DNA of 64,000 nucleotides, from the NCBI GenBank assembly GCA_040756235.1, contig JBFLZG010000002.1:1-64000 (forward strand), in the 5' to 3' direction. The position numbers were made by a program, and so were the translations under genes. Under the pieces are notes generated by a model. The model ran no database searches. It saw nothing but the letters and a program-made list of their open reading frames with translations, and was not told where the DNA came from. Positions 38,401-50,924 of this stretch are shown piece after piece. The stretch's first letter is position 1; each line of letters begins with the position of its first letter. Origin of the DNA: a bacterium (GTDB lineage Bacteria > Desulfobacterota > DSWW01).

Positions 38401-39735
38401 ATGAGGTGGCCGGGACGAGTCGTGCTCCTGGGCCTTTGCGTGCTTTGCCTGGTGGCCGTGCCGGCGGCCGGGGCCGAGCACCAGCCGGGGTACCCCCTCA
38501 GCCTGGCCGAGGCCATCGGCATCGTTCTCCGGGAGAGCCCCCAGACAGAGATCGCCGCCCAGGGGGCCGCTTCGGCGGAGGAGCAGAGGAAGTCGGTCCG
38601 GGGCGAGTTCCTGCCCAAGCTCAGGACCGAGTTCGAAATCACCGGGTTCAACGATGTTCCCACCGTCGAGATCCCGGCCATGCCGCCCCTGCCGGCTCGG
38701 ACGTTCGACGCCGGCTCGGATCACGAGATCCTGTCCAGGACCTCTCTCGAGCAGCCGCTGTTCACCGGCCTTGCCCTGGTCTCGCGCTATCGGCTGGCCG
38801 ATCTGTCCCTGAGCCAGGCCGAGGTGCAGCGCGAGGCGACCCGCCAGGATCTCATCCTGAGGACTCATGAGGCCTACTTCGACGTGCTCGTGTCCGAGAA
38901 GCTCCTCCGGGTGGCGGAGCAGTCCGTCACACAGCTGGAGTCCCACGCCGAAGTGGCCAGGCAGTTCTTCGAGACCGGGATGATTCCCAAGAACGATTTG
39001 CTCAAGGCGCAGGTCCAGCTCGCGGACGTCAAGCAGAACCGGATCATCGCGGCTCACCGGCTCGACGTGGCGCGGACGCAATTCAACATCCTCCTCCGGA
39101 GGAAGGAAGACGAACCGGTCCTCCTTTCCGAGGAGCTGCGCTATCGACCCTACGAAGGTACGCTCGAAGACAGCGTCCAAGTGGCCTTGTCCCGTCAGCC
39201 TGAGCTGCTGATCTCGGAGCTGGACATCCGCAAGGCCGAGCAGTCCGTCCGTCTGGCCCGGAGCGCCCTGTACCCCCACTTCGGCCTGGTCGGTGCCCTC
39301 ACGCACGATGAAGGTGGTTTCGCCACCTCCGACAAGGTGCTCAGTGGCACGCTCCACGGCGACTGGGCGGTCTGGGACTGGGGGACGAACTACTACAACG
39401 TGAAGTCGGCGGAGTCCCAGCGGTCGGTCGCAGAGGCTCGCCACAGACAGCTGGCGGACTTGACGCGGCTTCAGGTGAGGCAGGCCTACCTGGCGCTCGA
39501 AGAGTGGCGGGAAGCCATCGGGGTTGCCGAAGCGAGCATCGATCAGGCCAAAGAGAACTTCCGCATCACGGAAGACCAGTTCAAGGCCAACGTGACGACC
39601 AATACCGAGGTGCTGGACGCTCAGACCCTGCTGTCCAGGGCGCAGGTGAACTACTACAGTGCATTGAACCGATACAACATTTCCGTGGCCCGGCTGCAAA
39701 AGGCGATGGGGGTCCTGACGCAGCCCGATGAATGA
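38401..39735 (+). CDS. TolC family outer membrane efflux protein
   Basis: Signal peptide, LSLAEAI, QPLFTG, AYFDVL, two OEP repeats (F/Y-x-x-G...DLL/EVLDAQ). Confidence 0.9.
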   Translation: MRWPGRVVLLGLCVLCLVAVPAAGAEHQPGYPLSLAEAIGIVLRESPQTEIAAQGAASAEEQRKSVRGEFLPKLRTEFEITGFNDVPTVEIPAMPPLPARTFDAGSDHEILSRTSLEQPLFTGLALVSRYRLADLSLSQAEVQREATRQDLILRTHEAYFDVLVSEKLLRVAEQSVTQLESHAEVARQFFETGMIPKNDLLKAQVQLADVKQNRIIAAHRLDVARTQFNILLRRKEDEPVLLSEELRYRPYEGTLEDSVQVALSRQPELLISELDIRKAEQSVRLARSALYPHFGLVGALTHDEGGFATSDKVLSGTLHGDWAVWDWGTNYYNVKSAESQRSVAEARHRQLADLTRLQVRQAYLALEEWREAIGVAEASIDQAKENFRITEDQFKANVTTNTEVLDAQTLLSRAQVNYYSALNRYNISVARLQKAMGVLTQPDE

Positions 39736-39969
39736 AGGTCCCGGGCGCCCGCCGAAGGCCCGGGCGTGCCGCGGTCCGGAAAGCTCGGTCGGCTGTGCAG
39801 GGGATGCAGCGTTCGTCGGACAGCGGAGACGATCCGCCTGGCCGTCGTGTTCCCGACCGAAATTCCCGCATCTATTTCCTTGCGGGGTCCCCGCAAGAAG
39901 AGCTGGCAGCTCCCTTGGAATCCTGGAACGTGACCCGGCTGCGACAGGAGGAGGGCCGGCATATCCACG

Positions 39970-40184
39970 GAGAGGGTGACAAAGGACACCCTCTTGCGAG
40001 GCTGTTGAGAAATGGCCAGATGCAAGGCGCGCGAAATCATGAGGCTTGTTCCGAGGAGCGGTAGCGAAGAGGAAACCGCCGGTCACGGCGGACGCGACCA
40101 GACGCCGCGGCATGGTGTCCGGGGGATTGCGTCGCTTCGCTCGCAACAGGCGCCGCAGATGGCCGTTTCTCGACAGCCTCATGA
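39970..40184. repeat. MITE-like repeat family 1, long variant copy E (reverse orientation)
   Basis: CCAGATGCAAGGCGCGCGAAATC and CGCCGCAGATGG...CGACAGCCTCATGA; internal GGGGATTGCGTCGCTTCGCTCGCAA segment shared with copy H. Confidence 0.8.
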
Positions 40185-40193
40185 GGAGCGCTG

Positions 40194-42405
<2,212 letters not shown>

Positions 42406-42444
42406 GACCGGGGAGGGCGTTCCGACCCGATAGGAGACCCGAGC

Positions 42445-43617
42445 ATGAACGTGCACGAGTACCAGGCGAAGGAGATGTTCCGGCAGTACGGGGTCCCGGT
42501 CCCGAGGGGTAAGATGTGCACCCCTCAGGACTCCATCGGCGACGCGGCCCGGGAGCTGGGCGGGAGCGCGTGGGTGATCAAGGCCCAGGTGCATGCGGGC
42601 GGCAGGGGCAAGGGGGGCGGCGTCAAGGTCGTCCGTTCCCTTGACGAAGCGGAGAAGACGGCGCGCGAGATGTTTGCCAGGAGGCTCGTGACGCCGCAGA
42701 CCGGCGCCGAAGGCCGGGTCGTGCGCAAGGTTCTGGTCGAGGAGGCGCTGGCGATCCGCACCGAGCTGTACCTGAGCCTCCTCGTGGACCGGAGCAGCTG
42801 CAAGACCGCATTCATCTCGAGCCGGGCCGGAGGGATGGACATCGAGGAGGTGGCGGCCGGGACGCCGGAGAAGATCCAACGCGTTCTCGCGGATCCGTTC
42901 CTCGGGCTGCGGGCCTTCCAGACCAGGCGGATCGCCTCGGGCCTGGGCCTGGACGGAAAGACGGCTCGCCAGGGCCAGCAGATGTTTTCGGCCCTGTTTC
43001 GGCTCTTCAGAGAGAAGGATGCCTCGCTGGTCGAGATCAACCCGCTGATTGTCACGGAACAGGGTACCCTGTACGCGTTGGACGCCAAGCTCCAGTTCGA
43101 CGACAACGCCTTGTACCGGCATGAAGACGTCGTGAGCCTCCGGGACAAGGAGGAGGAGGACCCGCTGGAAGTGCAGGCGGGCGAGGCGAACGTGAACTAT
43201 ATCCGCCTGGACGGCAACATCGGCTGCATGGTCAACGGTGCGGGTCTGGCCATGTCGACCATGGACCTCATCCAGTACGAAGGCGGCCGGCCGGCGAACT
43301 TCCTCGACGTTGGAGGCGGGGCCAGCGCGGCCTCGGTGGAGAAGGCGCTGCGCATCATCCTGGCCGACCCGAGGGTGAAGACCATCCTGATCAACATCTT
43401 CGGCGGCATCGTGCGCTGCGACCGCGTGGCGGAGGGCGTGATCGAGGCAGCGAAGCGTGTTTCGCTGGGCGTGCCGGTGGTGGTGCGCCTGGAAGGCACC
43501 AACGCGGAGGAGGCCAGGACCATGCTCCGGCATGCCAACCTGGACTTCACCGTCGCGGACAGCTTCCGCGAGGCCGCCCGCAAGGCGGTTGCGCTGGTGA
43601 GCCGAGCGGCTGCGTAA
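42445..43617 (+). CDS. sucC: succinate--CoA ligase subunit beta
   Basis: [51 protein letters not shown]. Confidence 0.97.
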   Translation: MNVHEYQAKEMFRQYGVPVPRGKMCTPQDSIGDAARELGGSAWVIKAQVHAGGRGKGGGVKVVRSLDEAEKTAREMFARRLVTPQTGAEGRVVRKVLVEEALAIRTELYLSLLVDRSSCKTAFISSRAGGMDIEEVAAGTPEKIQRVLADPFLGLRAFQTRRIASGLGLDGKTARQGQQMFSALFRLFREKDASLVEINPLIVTEQGTLYALDAKLQFDDNALYRHEDVVSLRDKEEEDPLEVQAGEANVNYIRLDGNIGCMVNGAGLAMSTMDLIQYEGGRPANFLDVGGGASAASVEKALRIILADPRVKTILINIFGGIVRCDRVAEGVIEAAKRVSLGVPVVVRLEGTNAEEARTMLRHANLDFTVADSFREAARKAVALVSRAAA

Positions 43618-43688
43618 AGCTCGCCTCAGGGAGAGGGGAACAGGGCAGGAAAAAGAGCCATCCAAACAGATGAGACAGGAAGCACGCC

Positions 43689-44561
43689 ATGGGAATTCTG
43701 GTCAGTGAGTCGACGCGGGTCGTGGTCCAGGGCATCACGGGGAAAGAAGGTTCCTTTCACGCCAAGGCCTGTAAGGAGTACGGGACTCGGGTGGTTGCCG
43801 GCGTGACGCCGGGGAAGAAGGGGGAATCGGTCGACGGGATTCCGGTCTTCGACAGCGTGCTGGAGGCAAGGGAGCAGGCGGGCGCCAATACCTCGCTCAT
43901 CTTCGTGCCGCCGCCTTTTGCCGCAGACGCGATCCTGGAGTCCGTGGACGCGGGCATGGAGCTCGTGGTCTGCATTACGGAAGGGATACCGGTGCAGGAC
44001 ATGCTGCCCGTCTATCATGCGGTCCGAGGAAGCCGGACCCGCCTGGTGGGGCCCAACTGCCCCGGGGTCATCACCCCGGGACAAGCCAAGGTCGGCATCA
44101 TGCCCGGCTTCATCCACAAGCCGGGCCGGGTGGGCGTGATCTCGCGCAGCGGCACTTTGACGTACGAGGCGGTCAAGCAGCTCACCGACCTGGGGCTCGG
44201 CCAGTCGACCTGCATCGGGATCGGAGGAGACCCGATCGTGGGGTCGAGCTTCGTGGATCTGCTGGGGCTGTTCTCTAAGGACGATCAGACCGAAGCCGTG
44301 GTGCTCATCGGAGAGATCGGCGGTTCGGCCGAGGAGGAGGCGGCGACATTCATCCGATCGACCGGTTTCGCCAAGCCGGTCATCGGCTTCGTGGCCGGCA
44401 GGACCGCGCCTCCGGGCAGGCGTATGGGGCATGCCGGAGCCATCATCTCCGGGGGCAAGGGAACGGCGGCCGAAAAGGTCCGGACCATGGAGCAGGCGGG
44501 GCTTCAGGTCTGCCCGACTCCTGCGGACATCGGCAGGACCGTCCAGGAGGCGCTCCAGTGA
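43689..44561 (+). CDS. sucD: succinate--CoA ligase subunit alpha
   Basis: [40 protein letters not shown] (phospho-His). Confidence 0.97.
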   Translation: MGILVSESTRVVVQGITGKEGSFHAKACKEYGTRVVAGVTPGKKGESVDGIPVFDSVLEAREQAGANTSLIFVPPPFAADAILESVDAGMELVVCITEGIPVQDMLPVYHAVRGSRTRLVGPNCPGVITPGQAKVGIMPGFIHKPGRVGVISRSGTLTYEAVKQLTDLGLGQSTCIGIGGDPIVGSSFVDLLGLFSKDDQTEAVVLIGEIGGSAEEEAATFIRSTGFAKPVIGFVAGRTAPPGRRMGHAGAIISGGKGTAAEKVRTMEQAGLQVCPTPADIGRTVQEALQ

Positions 44562-44606
44562 CTTCGTCTCCTGCGGGAGCTGCAGGCGCGCGTCTCGAGA
44601 GGGTGT

Positions 44607-45830
44607 ATGGCTGACGCGAGACAGGAGGAAGGTTGCCCCCCGCGGGGCGGGCGGACAGAGACCGCTGCCGCAGACACGCGCCGGCGCCGCAGACCGCATG
44701 CATCGGGCATGCACACGCGCGCGGAGGCCGCGCAGGAGCGTGCTCCTGACCGTCGGGCCGGCGAGGCCTCGGGCGCGGCCGGCCGGTCCGCGCCCGAGGA
44801 TCCGATCTCCCGTGAGCTGCCGCTATGGGAGGAGCGGGTGGCCGGGCTCGGCGAGCCTCGATTCCGCGCGGGTCAGGTCTTCGCATGGATCCACAAGAAG
44901 GGCATCCTGCGGCCCGACAGGATGGGGAACCTGCCCGGGAGCTTGCGCGAGCGGCTGGCCGATGAACCGTTCTCGTTGGCGGTGAGCCTGGAACGGGTGC
45001 TGACGAGCCGGGACCGGACGCGCAAGTTCCTCTTTCGGCTCGAGGACGGGCTCGCGATCGAGGCGGTGCTCATCCCGGAAGCCGGCCGCCTGACTCTCTG
45101 TCTCTCCACGCAGGTGGGCTGCCGCATGCGATGCGCCTTCTGCCGCACCGGCGGGCTGGGCTTCGAGCGGAACCTCCGGGCCGGGGAGATCCTGGGTCAG
45201 CATTACGCGATCCGGTCCCTGCTGAAAGATGTCGAAGGCGGCCCGGCCGTCACGCATATCGTCTTCATGGGCATGGGCGAGCCGCTCGACAACCTGGAGG
45301 AGACACGCCGGGCGCTGAGGATCCTGAGCCATCCCCTCGGGTGCGGGATGTCGCTCCGGCGCATGACGGTCTCGACGGTCGGGATTCCGGCCGGCCTGGA
45401 GACGCTCTTCCTCGAAACCCCCGTATCGATCACCGTTTCTCTGAACGCTGCGGATGACGAGACCCGCTCTCGCATCATGCCGGTCAATCGACGCTATCCG
45501 CTCGGGGATGTGCTGGAGACTCTCCGGCGCTTGCCCCTTCCGCCGCGCAGGCGGTTCACGATCGCTTACGTGCTCCTGCGCGGCGTCAACGACAGCCCGG
45601 AAGACGCGCGGCGGCTGGTCCGCTTGCTCCACGGCATCCGCTGCAAGGTCAATCTCATCCCCTTCAATCCGTTCCCCGGGACGGAATTGCAGGGTCCGGA
45701 GGAGTCCGGGATGCTTGCCTTTCAGGCCCTTCTGAGATCCAAGGGGGTGTCGGCTCACGTACGGCAGAGCCGGGGCAGCGACATCCTGGGTGCCTGCGGT
45801 CAGCTCGCCGGGGACCGACCCGACGTTTGA
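44607..45830 (+). CDS. rlmN: 23S rRNA (A2503) C2-methyltransferase, radical SAM
   Basis: CLSTQVGCRMRCAFC, VFMGMGEPL, STVG, VNLIPFN, SRGSDILGACGQL; start uncertain (low-complexity N-terminus). Confidence 0.93.
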   Translation: MADARQEEGCPPRGGRTETAAADTRRRRRPHASGMHTRAEAAQERAPDRRAGEASGAAGRSAPEDPISRELPLWEERVAGLGEPRFRAGQVFAWIHKKGILRPDRMGNLPGSLRERLADEPFSLAVSLERVLTSRDRTRKFLFRLEDGLAIEAVLIPEAGRLTLCLSTQVGCRMRCAFCRTGGLGFERNLRAGEILGQHYAIRSLLKDVEGGPAVTHIVFMGMGEPLDNLEETRRALRILSHPLGCGMSLRRMTVSTVGIPAGLETLFLETPVSITVSLNAADDETRSRIMPVNRRYPLGDVLETLRRLPLPPRRRFTIAYVLLRGVNDSPEDARRLVRLLHGIRCKVNLIPFNPFPGTELQGPEESGMLAFQALLRSKGVSAHVRQSRGSDILGACGQLAGDRPDV

Positions 45831-45836
45831 AACCCG

Positions 45837-46337
45837 ATGGAGGAGGGTAATCGCATGGATCTGCAAGCCATCCAGCTGGACGTCCCTCACGAGTCGAACC
45901 TGATCTTCGGGCAAACCCATTTCATCAAGAGCGTCGAGGACCTGAGCGAGATCCTCAGGACCACGGTTCCGGGCTGCAAGTTCGGGCTCGCCTTTTGCGA
46001 GGCTTCGGGGCCCTGCCTGATTCGCCACGAAGGCAACGATCCCGAGCTGCTGGACGCAGCCATCCGGAATGCGCAGAGCGTCGGCTGCGGGCACATTTTC
46101 TTCATCCTTCTCAAGGAAGCCTTCCCCATCAACGTGCTTCCTGCCATCAAGGCCTGCCAGGAAGTCTGCACCGTCTTTTGCGCGACCGCCAACCCCGTTC
46201 AAGCCGTCGTGCTGGAAACGGCTCAGGGACGCGGGGTCATGGGCGTGGTCGACGGTTCTGCCCCGAAGGGGGTCGAGAAGAAGGCGGACCAGGAGAGGCG
46301 CAAGGAGTTCCTGCGCAAGATCGGCTACAAGGCGTAG
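45837..46337 (+). CDS. adenosine-specific kinase (DUF355 family)
   Basis: NLIFGQTHFIKSVEDL, FGLAFCEASG, GHIF, FPINVL, CATANP, GRGVMGVVDG, RKIGYK; start may be ATG near 45855. Confidence 0.85.
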   Translation: MEEGNRMDLQAIQLDVPHESNLIFGQTHFIKSVEDLSEILRTTVPGCKFGLAFCEASGPCLIRHEGNDPELLDAAIRNAQSVGCGHIFFILLKEAFPINVLPAIKACQEVCTVFCATANPVQAVVLETAQGRGVMGVVDGSAPKGVEKKADQERRKEFLRKIGYKA

Positions 46338-46512
46338 CGGGCCCTTGAAAAGGGCCCATCTGCGGAGCCTGTCGCGAGGCTTTGCGACGCGATCCCCCGG
46401 CGCAACTGCTGCGGCGGACGACTGCAGCCGCGGGTTTCCTCGTCGTTCTCGCTGCTCGGAACAAGCCTCAAACTTCGCGCGCCTTGCATCTGGACTCTTT
46501 TGAACGGCCCGC
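46337..46512. repeat. MITE-like repeat family 1, divergent copy F
   Basis: Begins at a TAG stop; GCGGGCC...GGCCCGC ends; core CCCATCTGCGG and GCGCGCCTTGCATCTGG. Confidence 0.75.
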
Positions 46513-46543
46513 GCATTTTGGACCCGCTTCGAATCGCTCTGCT

Positions 46544-46570
46544 CAGGGGCGACCGGCCGGTCGCCCCTGC
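46544..46570. repeat. REP-like palindrome
   Basis: CAGGGGCGACCGGCCGGTCGCCCCTGC. Confidence 0.7.
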
Positions 46571-46596
46571 TGATTCGGACATCTCGTCACCCGGAT

Positions 46597-46846
46597 GAGT
46601 GCGGTGGGTACCCCGGCGAGGAGGCGAGGGCGAGTCGCGGAGGCCGTCCCGAGTCCGATGGGCCGGTGGAACGTGGCGCTGCTTCTCGAATACCAGATCC
46701 GTCAGGCGCGTGCGTCCCGCGAACACCCGGCCCCGGACGAGGGACGAAATGGGGCCCTGCCCGAAGGGCGGCGGTCTCCGACACTGGGAGGAGAAGGGCC
46801 GGAGCGTTCTGAGCCCGAGACGACCGAGGCGGGGTACCCACCACAC
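46597..46846 (-). repeat. ~260-bp interspersed repeat family 2, copy 2
   Basis: Terminal inverted repeats GTGCGGTGGGTACCCCG / CGGGGTACCCACCACAC; reverse-complement homolog of 33160-33430. Confidence 0.85.
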
Positions 46847-46872
46847 GATCCAGTCCGCCCTTCACACTTCCA

Positions 46873-46900
46873 GCAGGGGAGACCGGCCGGTCGCCCCTAC
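46873..46900. repeat. GTAG-type REP palindrome
   Basis: GCAGGGGAGACCGGCCGGTCGCCCCTAC (GTAGGGGCGACC on the minus strand); contains the nfi stop codon. Confidence 0.7.
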
Positions 46901-47592
46901 CGGCTCTTTTCCGCGTCGTTGCGCAGGCGGGTGGCCCAGAGATGCGCCTGACGTAACGGCTCGGGAAGCCGCGATCCGCGGGCTGCCCGAAGCATCCATG
47001 CCACGCTGTCCGCGAGGTCCACTAGGTGTCCCGGGGAGACGAAGACCGGCTTTACGGCGTCCCGGGTCCTCACGATCGCTCCCTGGTCCCGGTACCTGCC
47101 CGGGAGAGACACGGCAACGTGGCTGCCTTTGAGCGCACCGGGAGCGTGGGCGAATTGCGGTCCTCGGCTCGGGGGCCCCTCAGCGCAACCGATGGCAGGG
47201 AGGTTCAGCAGGAGCCCGAGGTGACTGGCCAGCCCCAGACTTCGCGGATGCAGGATCCCGTGGCCGTTGAAGAAGACGAGATCCGGCCACTTCTCCAATC
47301 GGCCCATGGCGCGCAGCAACGCGGGGCCTTCCCGGAAGGCAAGCAATCCCGGAACGTAGGGGTAGGACACGGGACCGCTGGCCAGCGCCAGGTCCACCGT
47401 CTTCCAGGTATCGACCTCCTGCACGACCACCACGGCAAGGATCTTCCTCCCGTCTCTGGAGTACGCCGCGTCGGCGCCGGCGACCTGTCCGGGCGTTGCA
47501 GGCAGGGGACAGATTCTCACCCAAGCGGCGAGAGATCTCTGGATCGCCAGAGCCGCCTCGGCAGAAGGGACGAGATCCGAATAGGCTGACAT
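46897..47592 (-). CDS. nfi: endonuclease V
   Basis: VAGADAAY, YPYVPGLLAFREGP, GILHPR..GLASHLG, PVFVSPGH, RLPEPLRQAH. Confidence 0.88.
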   Translation of the reverse strand: MSAYSDLVPSAEAALAIQRSLAAWVRICPLPATPGQVAGADAAYSRDGRKILAVVVVQEVDTWKTVDLALASGPVSYPYVPGLLAFREGPALLRAMGRLEKWPDLVFFNGHGILHPRSLGLASHLGLLLNLPAIGCAEGPPSRGPQFAHAPGALKGSHVAVSLPGRYRDQGAIVRTRDAVKPVFVSPGHLVDLADSVAWMLRAARGSRLPEPLRQAHLWATRLRNDAEKSR

Positions 47593-47707
47593 GGCGGCTG
47601 GGACTCTCGAGGGGGTGAAGGCTTGACGCGGCCGGGGATTGCAGCTACCCGACGGTAACATCCGAGCTTGTGCCCAGGCGGATGCTGCGGTGATTCGCGT
47701 CGAGGCG

Positions 47708-47729
47708 GTAGGGGCGACCGGCAGTCGCC
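47708..47729. repeat. GTAG-type REP palindrome
   Basis: GTAGGGGCGACCGGCAGTCGCC. Confidence 0.65.
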
Positions 47730-47733
47730 TTTT

Positions 47734-48771
47734 CTACCCGCCGAACAGGTCCGGGGTCTCCTCTTCTGCCGCCGGCTCCGGCGCATCCTTGACGGTTGCT
47801 CCGCCACGGGCAACAGGCTCCGGCACGTAGAAGTACCGCTCGTGGACGCGATGGAACGAGGTCCAGCGCTCGGTGTCCCGAATCTCTCTCTGCACGAACT
47901 GGTGCACGCCGCAGAGCTTGGCGTCGAGGTTGTCCAGGGCGTGGAGGCACAGAGCCTCTAGTGTCTGCGGCTGCTTGGGAGAGCCGAACTCCAGCTCTCC
48001 ATGGTGGCTCGCCACGATGTGTTTGAGGTGCATCGCCAGCGGGGCGGGAAAGTCCGGGACTTCACGGATCTTCTTCTCCAGGATCTCGAGACCGATCACG
48101 ATGTGCCCCAGCAGTCTCCCTTCGTTCGTGTATTCGAACCCGAGCTCGGGGCAGAGCTCCCACGCCTTGCCCAGGTCGTGCACCAGAGCACCGGCCAGGA
48201 CGAGGTCCGCGTCCAGGAAGGGATAGTTCTGGGTCGCGAGCCCGACGAGCCTCGCCAGCGAGAGTGTGTGCTCCAGCAGCCCCCCCAGGTACGCGTGGTG
48301 CACGGACTTGGCCGCGGGGGCGCACCGGTAGGCCTTCCAGATGACAGGGTCCCTGAAGATCGCCTCGAGCAGGTGCCTGAGGAACGGGTTCTTCACTTTG
48401 CGGACGGTTCGGTTGAGCTCGCCCTCCATCTCTTCGTACGACCTCGACGAGCAGGGGAGGTAGTCCTCTTTGCGCACCCCGTCCGGGTTGGGAGTGGAAA
48501 TCCGCTGCAGCCTGATCTTGCGCTCGCCCTGGTACAGGACGACCGTGCCCTGGACCTCGATCACGTCGCCCTGAGAAAAACGCTGGCTTTCGGCCTCGGC
48601 GTTCTCCCACAGAATGCCCTCGATGCGACCCGCGCGGGTCATGAGGGCGAGCTTGAGGTAGGCCTTCCCTTCTCGCGTGAAGGCGAGCTGCTTCTCCGCC
48701 ACGAGAAACCGTTCCTGCACGGTGTCCTTTTCCCTGAGCCTGTCGAAGGGGGTCCGGTTGTCTTTGTGCAT
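47734..48771 (-). CDS. YhaM-like OB-fold/HD-domain 3'-5' exoribonuclease
   Basis: N-terminal OB fold; PAAKSVHHAYLGGLLEHTL, HDLGK, GRLLGHI, SHHGELEFGSP, DNLDAK. Confidence 0.9.
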   Translation of the reverse strand: MHKDNRTPFDRLREKDTVQERFLVAEKQLAFTREGKAYLKLALMTRAGRIEGILWENAEAESQRFSQGDVIEVQGTVVLYQGERKIRLQRISTPNPDGVRKEDYLPCSSRSYEEMEGELNRTVRKVKNPFLRHLLEAIFRDPVIWKAYRCAPAAKSVHHAYLGGLLEHTLSLARLVGLATQNYPFLDADLVLAGALVHDLGKAWELCPELGFEYTNEGRLLGHIVIGLEILEKKIREVPDFPAPLAMHLKHIVASHHGELEFGSPKQPQTLEALCLHALDNLDAKLCGVHQFVQREIRDTERWTSFHRVHERYFYVPEPVARGGATVKDAPEPAAEEETPDLFGG

Positions 48772-48895
48772 GGCCTGTGATCGAACGAAGGTTGGGTTCT
48801 TAATGGAAAAACCGGGGAGTCGTCCCGAACATCTCCGATGCCGTCACTAACCTAACATCCGGGCGCGGTGGGAAACAAGCAGGGGGCTTCACGAT

Positions 48896-48924
48896 TTGAT
48901 CCCGGACCCTCGGTCCAGTATGCT
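48896..48924 (+). promoter_or_regulatory. putative sigma70 promoter of the acyl-CoA synthetase
   Basis: TTGATC-17 bp-TATGCT. Confidence 0.45.
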
Positions 48925-48979
48925 TCCACTGGTCTTTGCACCGTTGTTTGCCGCAATCACGAATCCATCCGGAGAGGAG

Positions 48980-50689
48980 ATGACGGCTGTGGAACGAACG
49001 ACCCGCTACGACAACATTCCCGTCAACATGACCGCTCCCAACATGGGGGACTACGACGAAGTCGCCAGGAACTTCGCATTTCATGTCCCGGAAGTCTTCA
49101 ACTACGGCTTCGACGTGATCGACCGCTGGAGCGAGGACCGATCCAAGCTGGCGCTGGTGTGGGCGGACCGCACCGGACGCGACATCCGCAAGTACTCCTT
49201 TTACGATCTGAAGTGTCTGTCGAACCGTTTCGCCAACGCGCTGCGGGAGCTGGGCCTGCGCAAGGGCGACCGCCTGTTCGTCATGGTCCCGCGCGTGGTC
49301 GAGTGGTACGCCGTCCTTCTCGGGAGCTTCAAGCTCGGCGTGATCCCGATGCCGGCCCCGAACATTCTGGTGGCCAAGGACGTGGAATATCGGATCCAGG
49401 AGGCGGAAGCGGCAGGGGCCGTCGTGGCGCAGGACCACGTGGGCAAGGTCGATGCCGTGCGGGCGAAGTGCCCTTCCCTGAAACACCTCATTGCGGTCGG
49501 AGGCGCACCGGACGGCTGGTTTTCTTATGAGGACCTGATCGAAAAGGCCTCGCCGAGGCTCTCCCGCGACGAGGTGGAGGCGACCCGCTCGGAAGACATC
49601 CTGCTCATCTACTTCACCTCGGGCACGACGAAGTTCCCCAAGATGGTGCCTCATACCCAGGCCTCTTACGGGATCGGGCACATCGTCACGGCCAAGTTCT
49701 GGCAGGACCTCAAGCCCACGGACCTCCATTGGACCCTGTCCGATACGGGCTGGGCCAAGGCCGCCTGGGGCAAGCTGTACGGCCAGTGGCACATCGGGGC
49801 CGCGGTCATGATCCACGATGCGGCTGCGAAGTTTGACGCCAAGACCCACTTGGAGCTGATCGAGAAGTGCGGGGTCACGACCTTCTGCGCTCCCCCGACC
49901 GCCTACCGGATGTTCATCCTCGAGGATCTCACGAAGTTCGATTTCAGCAGCCTGCGGCACTGCTGCTCGGCCGGAGAGCCCCTCAATCCCGAAGTCATCC
50001 GGGTCTGGAAAGAGCACACCGGCACGACCATTTACGACGGCTACGGTCAGACCGAAAGCGTGAACCTGATAGCGAATTACCCGTGCATGCCGGTGAAGCT
50101 GGGTTCCATGGGCAAGCCTGCTCCCGGCTTCCACATCGAGATCCTGGACGACGAAGGCCGTCCCGTCGCCGCGGGTGTCGAAGGCCACATCGCGGTCCGG
50201 GTGAAGCCCGAACACCCCGTGGGCCTGTTCAAGGGGTACTGGAGGAACCCGGAGGCCACGTCTGAATCCTTTGTCGGGGATTGGTATTACACGGGGGACA
50301 AAGCTTACAAGGACGAGGGGGGGTATTTCTGGTTCGTGGGGCGGGCCGATGACGTGATCAAGGCCTCCGGGTATCGGATCGGGCCCTTCGAGGTCGAAAG
50401 CGCCCTTCAGAGCCATCCGGCGGTGGCGGAAAGCGCGGTCGTCGGCTCGCCGGATCCGCTGCGCGGCACGGTCGTCAAAGCCTTCATCATCCTGGCGCCG
50501 GGCTATCAGCCGTCCGAGGAGCTGACGCGCGACATCCAGGATCATGTAAAACGTAATACTGCACCCTACAAGTACCCGAGAGAGATCGAGTACGTCAAAG
50601 AGCTGCCCAAGACCGTCTCCGGGAAGATCCGCCGCGTGGAGCTCCGCAAGATCGAGGAAGGGCGTAAGTCAGCCGCCAGGGACGGATGA
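48980..50689 (+). CDS. acyl-CoA synthetase (AMP-forming, short/medium-chain ACSM-like)
   Basis: FNYGFDVID, YFTSGTTKFPK, DTGWAK, AGEPL, GYGQTE, YYTGD, GYRIGPFEVES, PYKYPR, PKTVSGKI; GAGGAG RBS. Confidence 0.92.
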   Translation: MTAVERTTRYDNIPVNMTAPNMGDYDEVARNFAFHVPEVFNYGFDVIDRWSEDRSKLALVWADRTGRDIRKYSFYDLKCLSNRFANALRELGLRKGDRLFVMVPRVVEWYAVLLGSFKLGVIPMPAPNILVAKDVEYRIQEAEAAGAVVAQDHVGKVDAVRAKCPSLKHLIAVGGAPDGWFSYEDLIEKASPRLSRDEVEATRSEDILLIYFTSGTTKFPKMVPHTQASYGIGHIVTAKFWQDLKPTDLHWTLSDTGWAKAAWGKLYGQWHIGAAVMIHDAAAKFDAKTHLELIEKCGVTTFCAPPTAYRMFILEDLTKFDFSSLRHCCSAGEPLNPEVIRVWKEHTGTTIYDGYGQTESVNLIANYPCMPVKLGSMGKPAPGFHIEILDDEGRPVAAGVEGHIAVRVKPEHPVGLFKGYWRNPEATSESFVGDWYYTGDKAYKDEGGYFWFVGRADDVIKASGYRIGPFEVESALQSHPAVAESAVVGSPDPLRGTVVKAFIILAPGYQPSEELTRDIQDHVKRNTAPYKYPREIEYVKELPKTVSGKIRRVELRKIEEGRKSAARDG

Positions 50690-50924
50690 GCCGGCGCCCG
50701 CATTTTCCGTCACAATTCCGGAAGGGATTCTGACGGGCCGGAGGTGGGAGCGCACGGAGTGGCTTTTTTCCTTGACAACCTTCTCGCAGCCATTGTATTT
50801 ATGGCGCCGTCTTCAAACGATTTCTTGAAACCGGGGTTCCGGCTTGCCTGCCTGCCCTAGGGGGGGTGCTTCTTCCTGTACTCGGACGGTTGGTGAAGTA
50901 CCAATCAACAGCTGGAGGAGGGAG

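Noticed and set aside
36343..40182. 1279-aa minus-strand ORF and other long antisense ORFs (e.g. 53992-57132, 33675-36326, 18192-20606, 41614-43665)
   Set aside because: They are shadows of well-supported genes on the opposite strand, expected with high-GC codon bias; no recognisable motifs.
50760..50778. Possible sigma54 promoter (TGGC...TTG) upstream of the qhp operon
   Set aside because: No GC at the required GG-N10-GC spacing.
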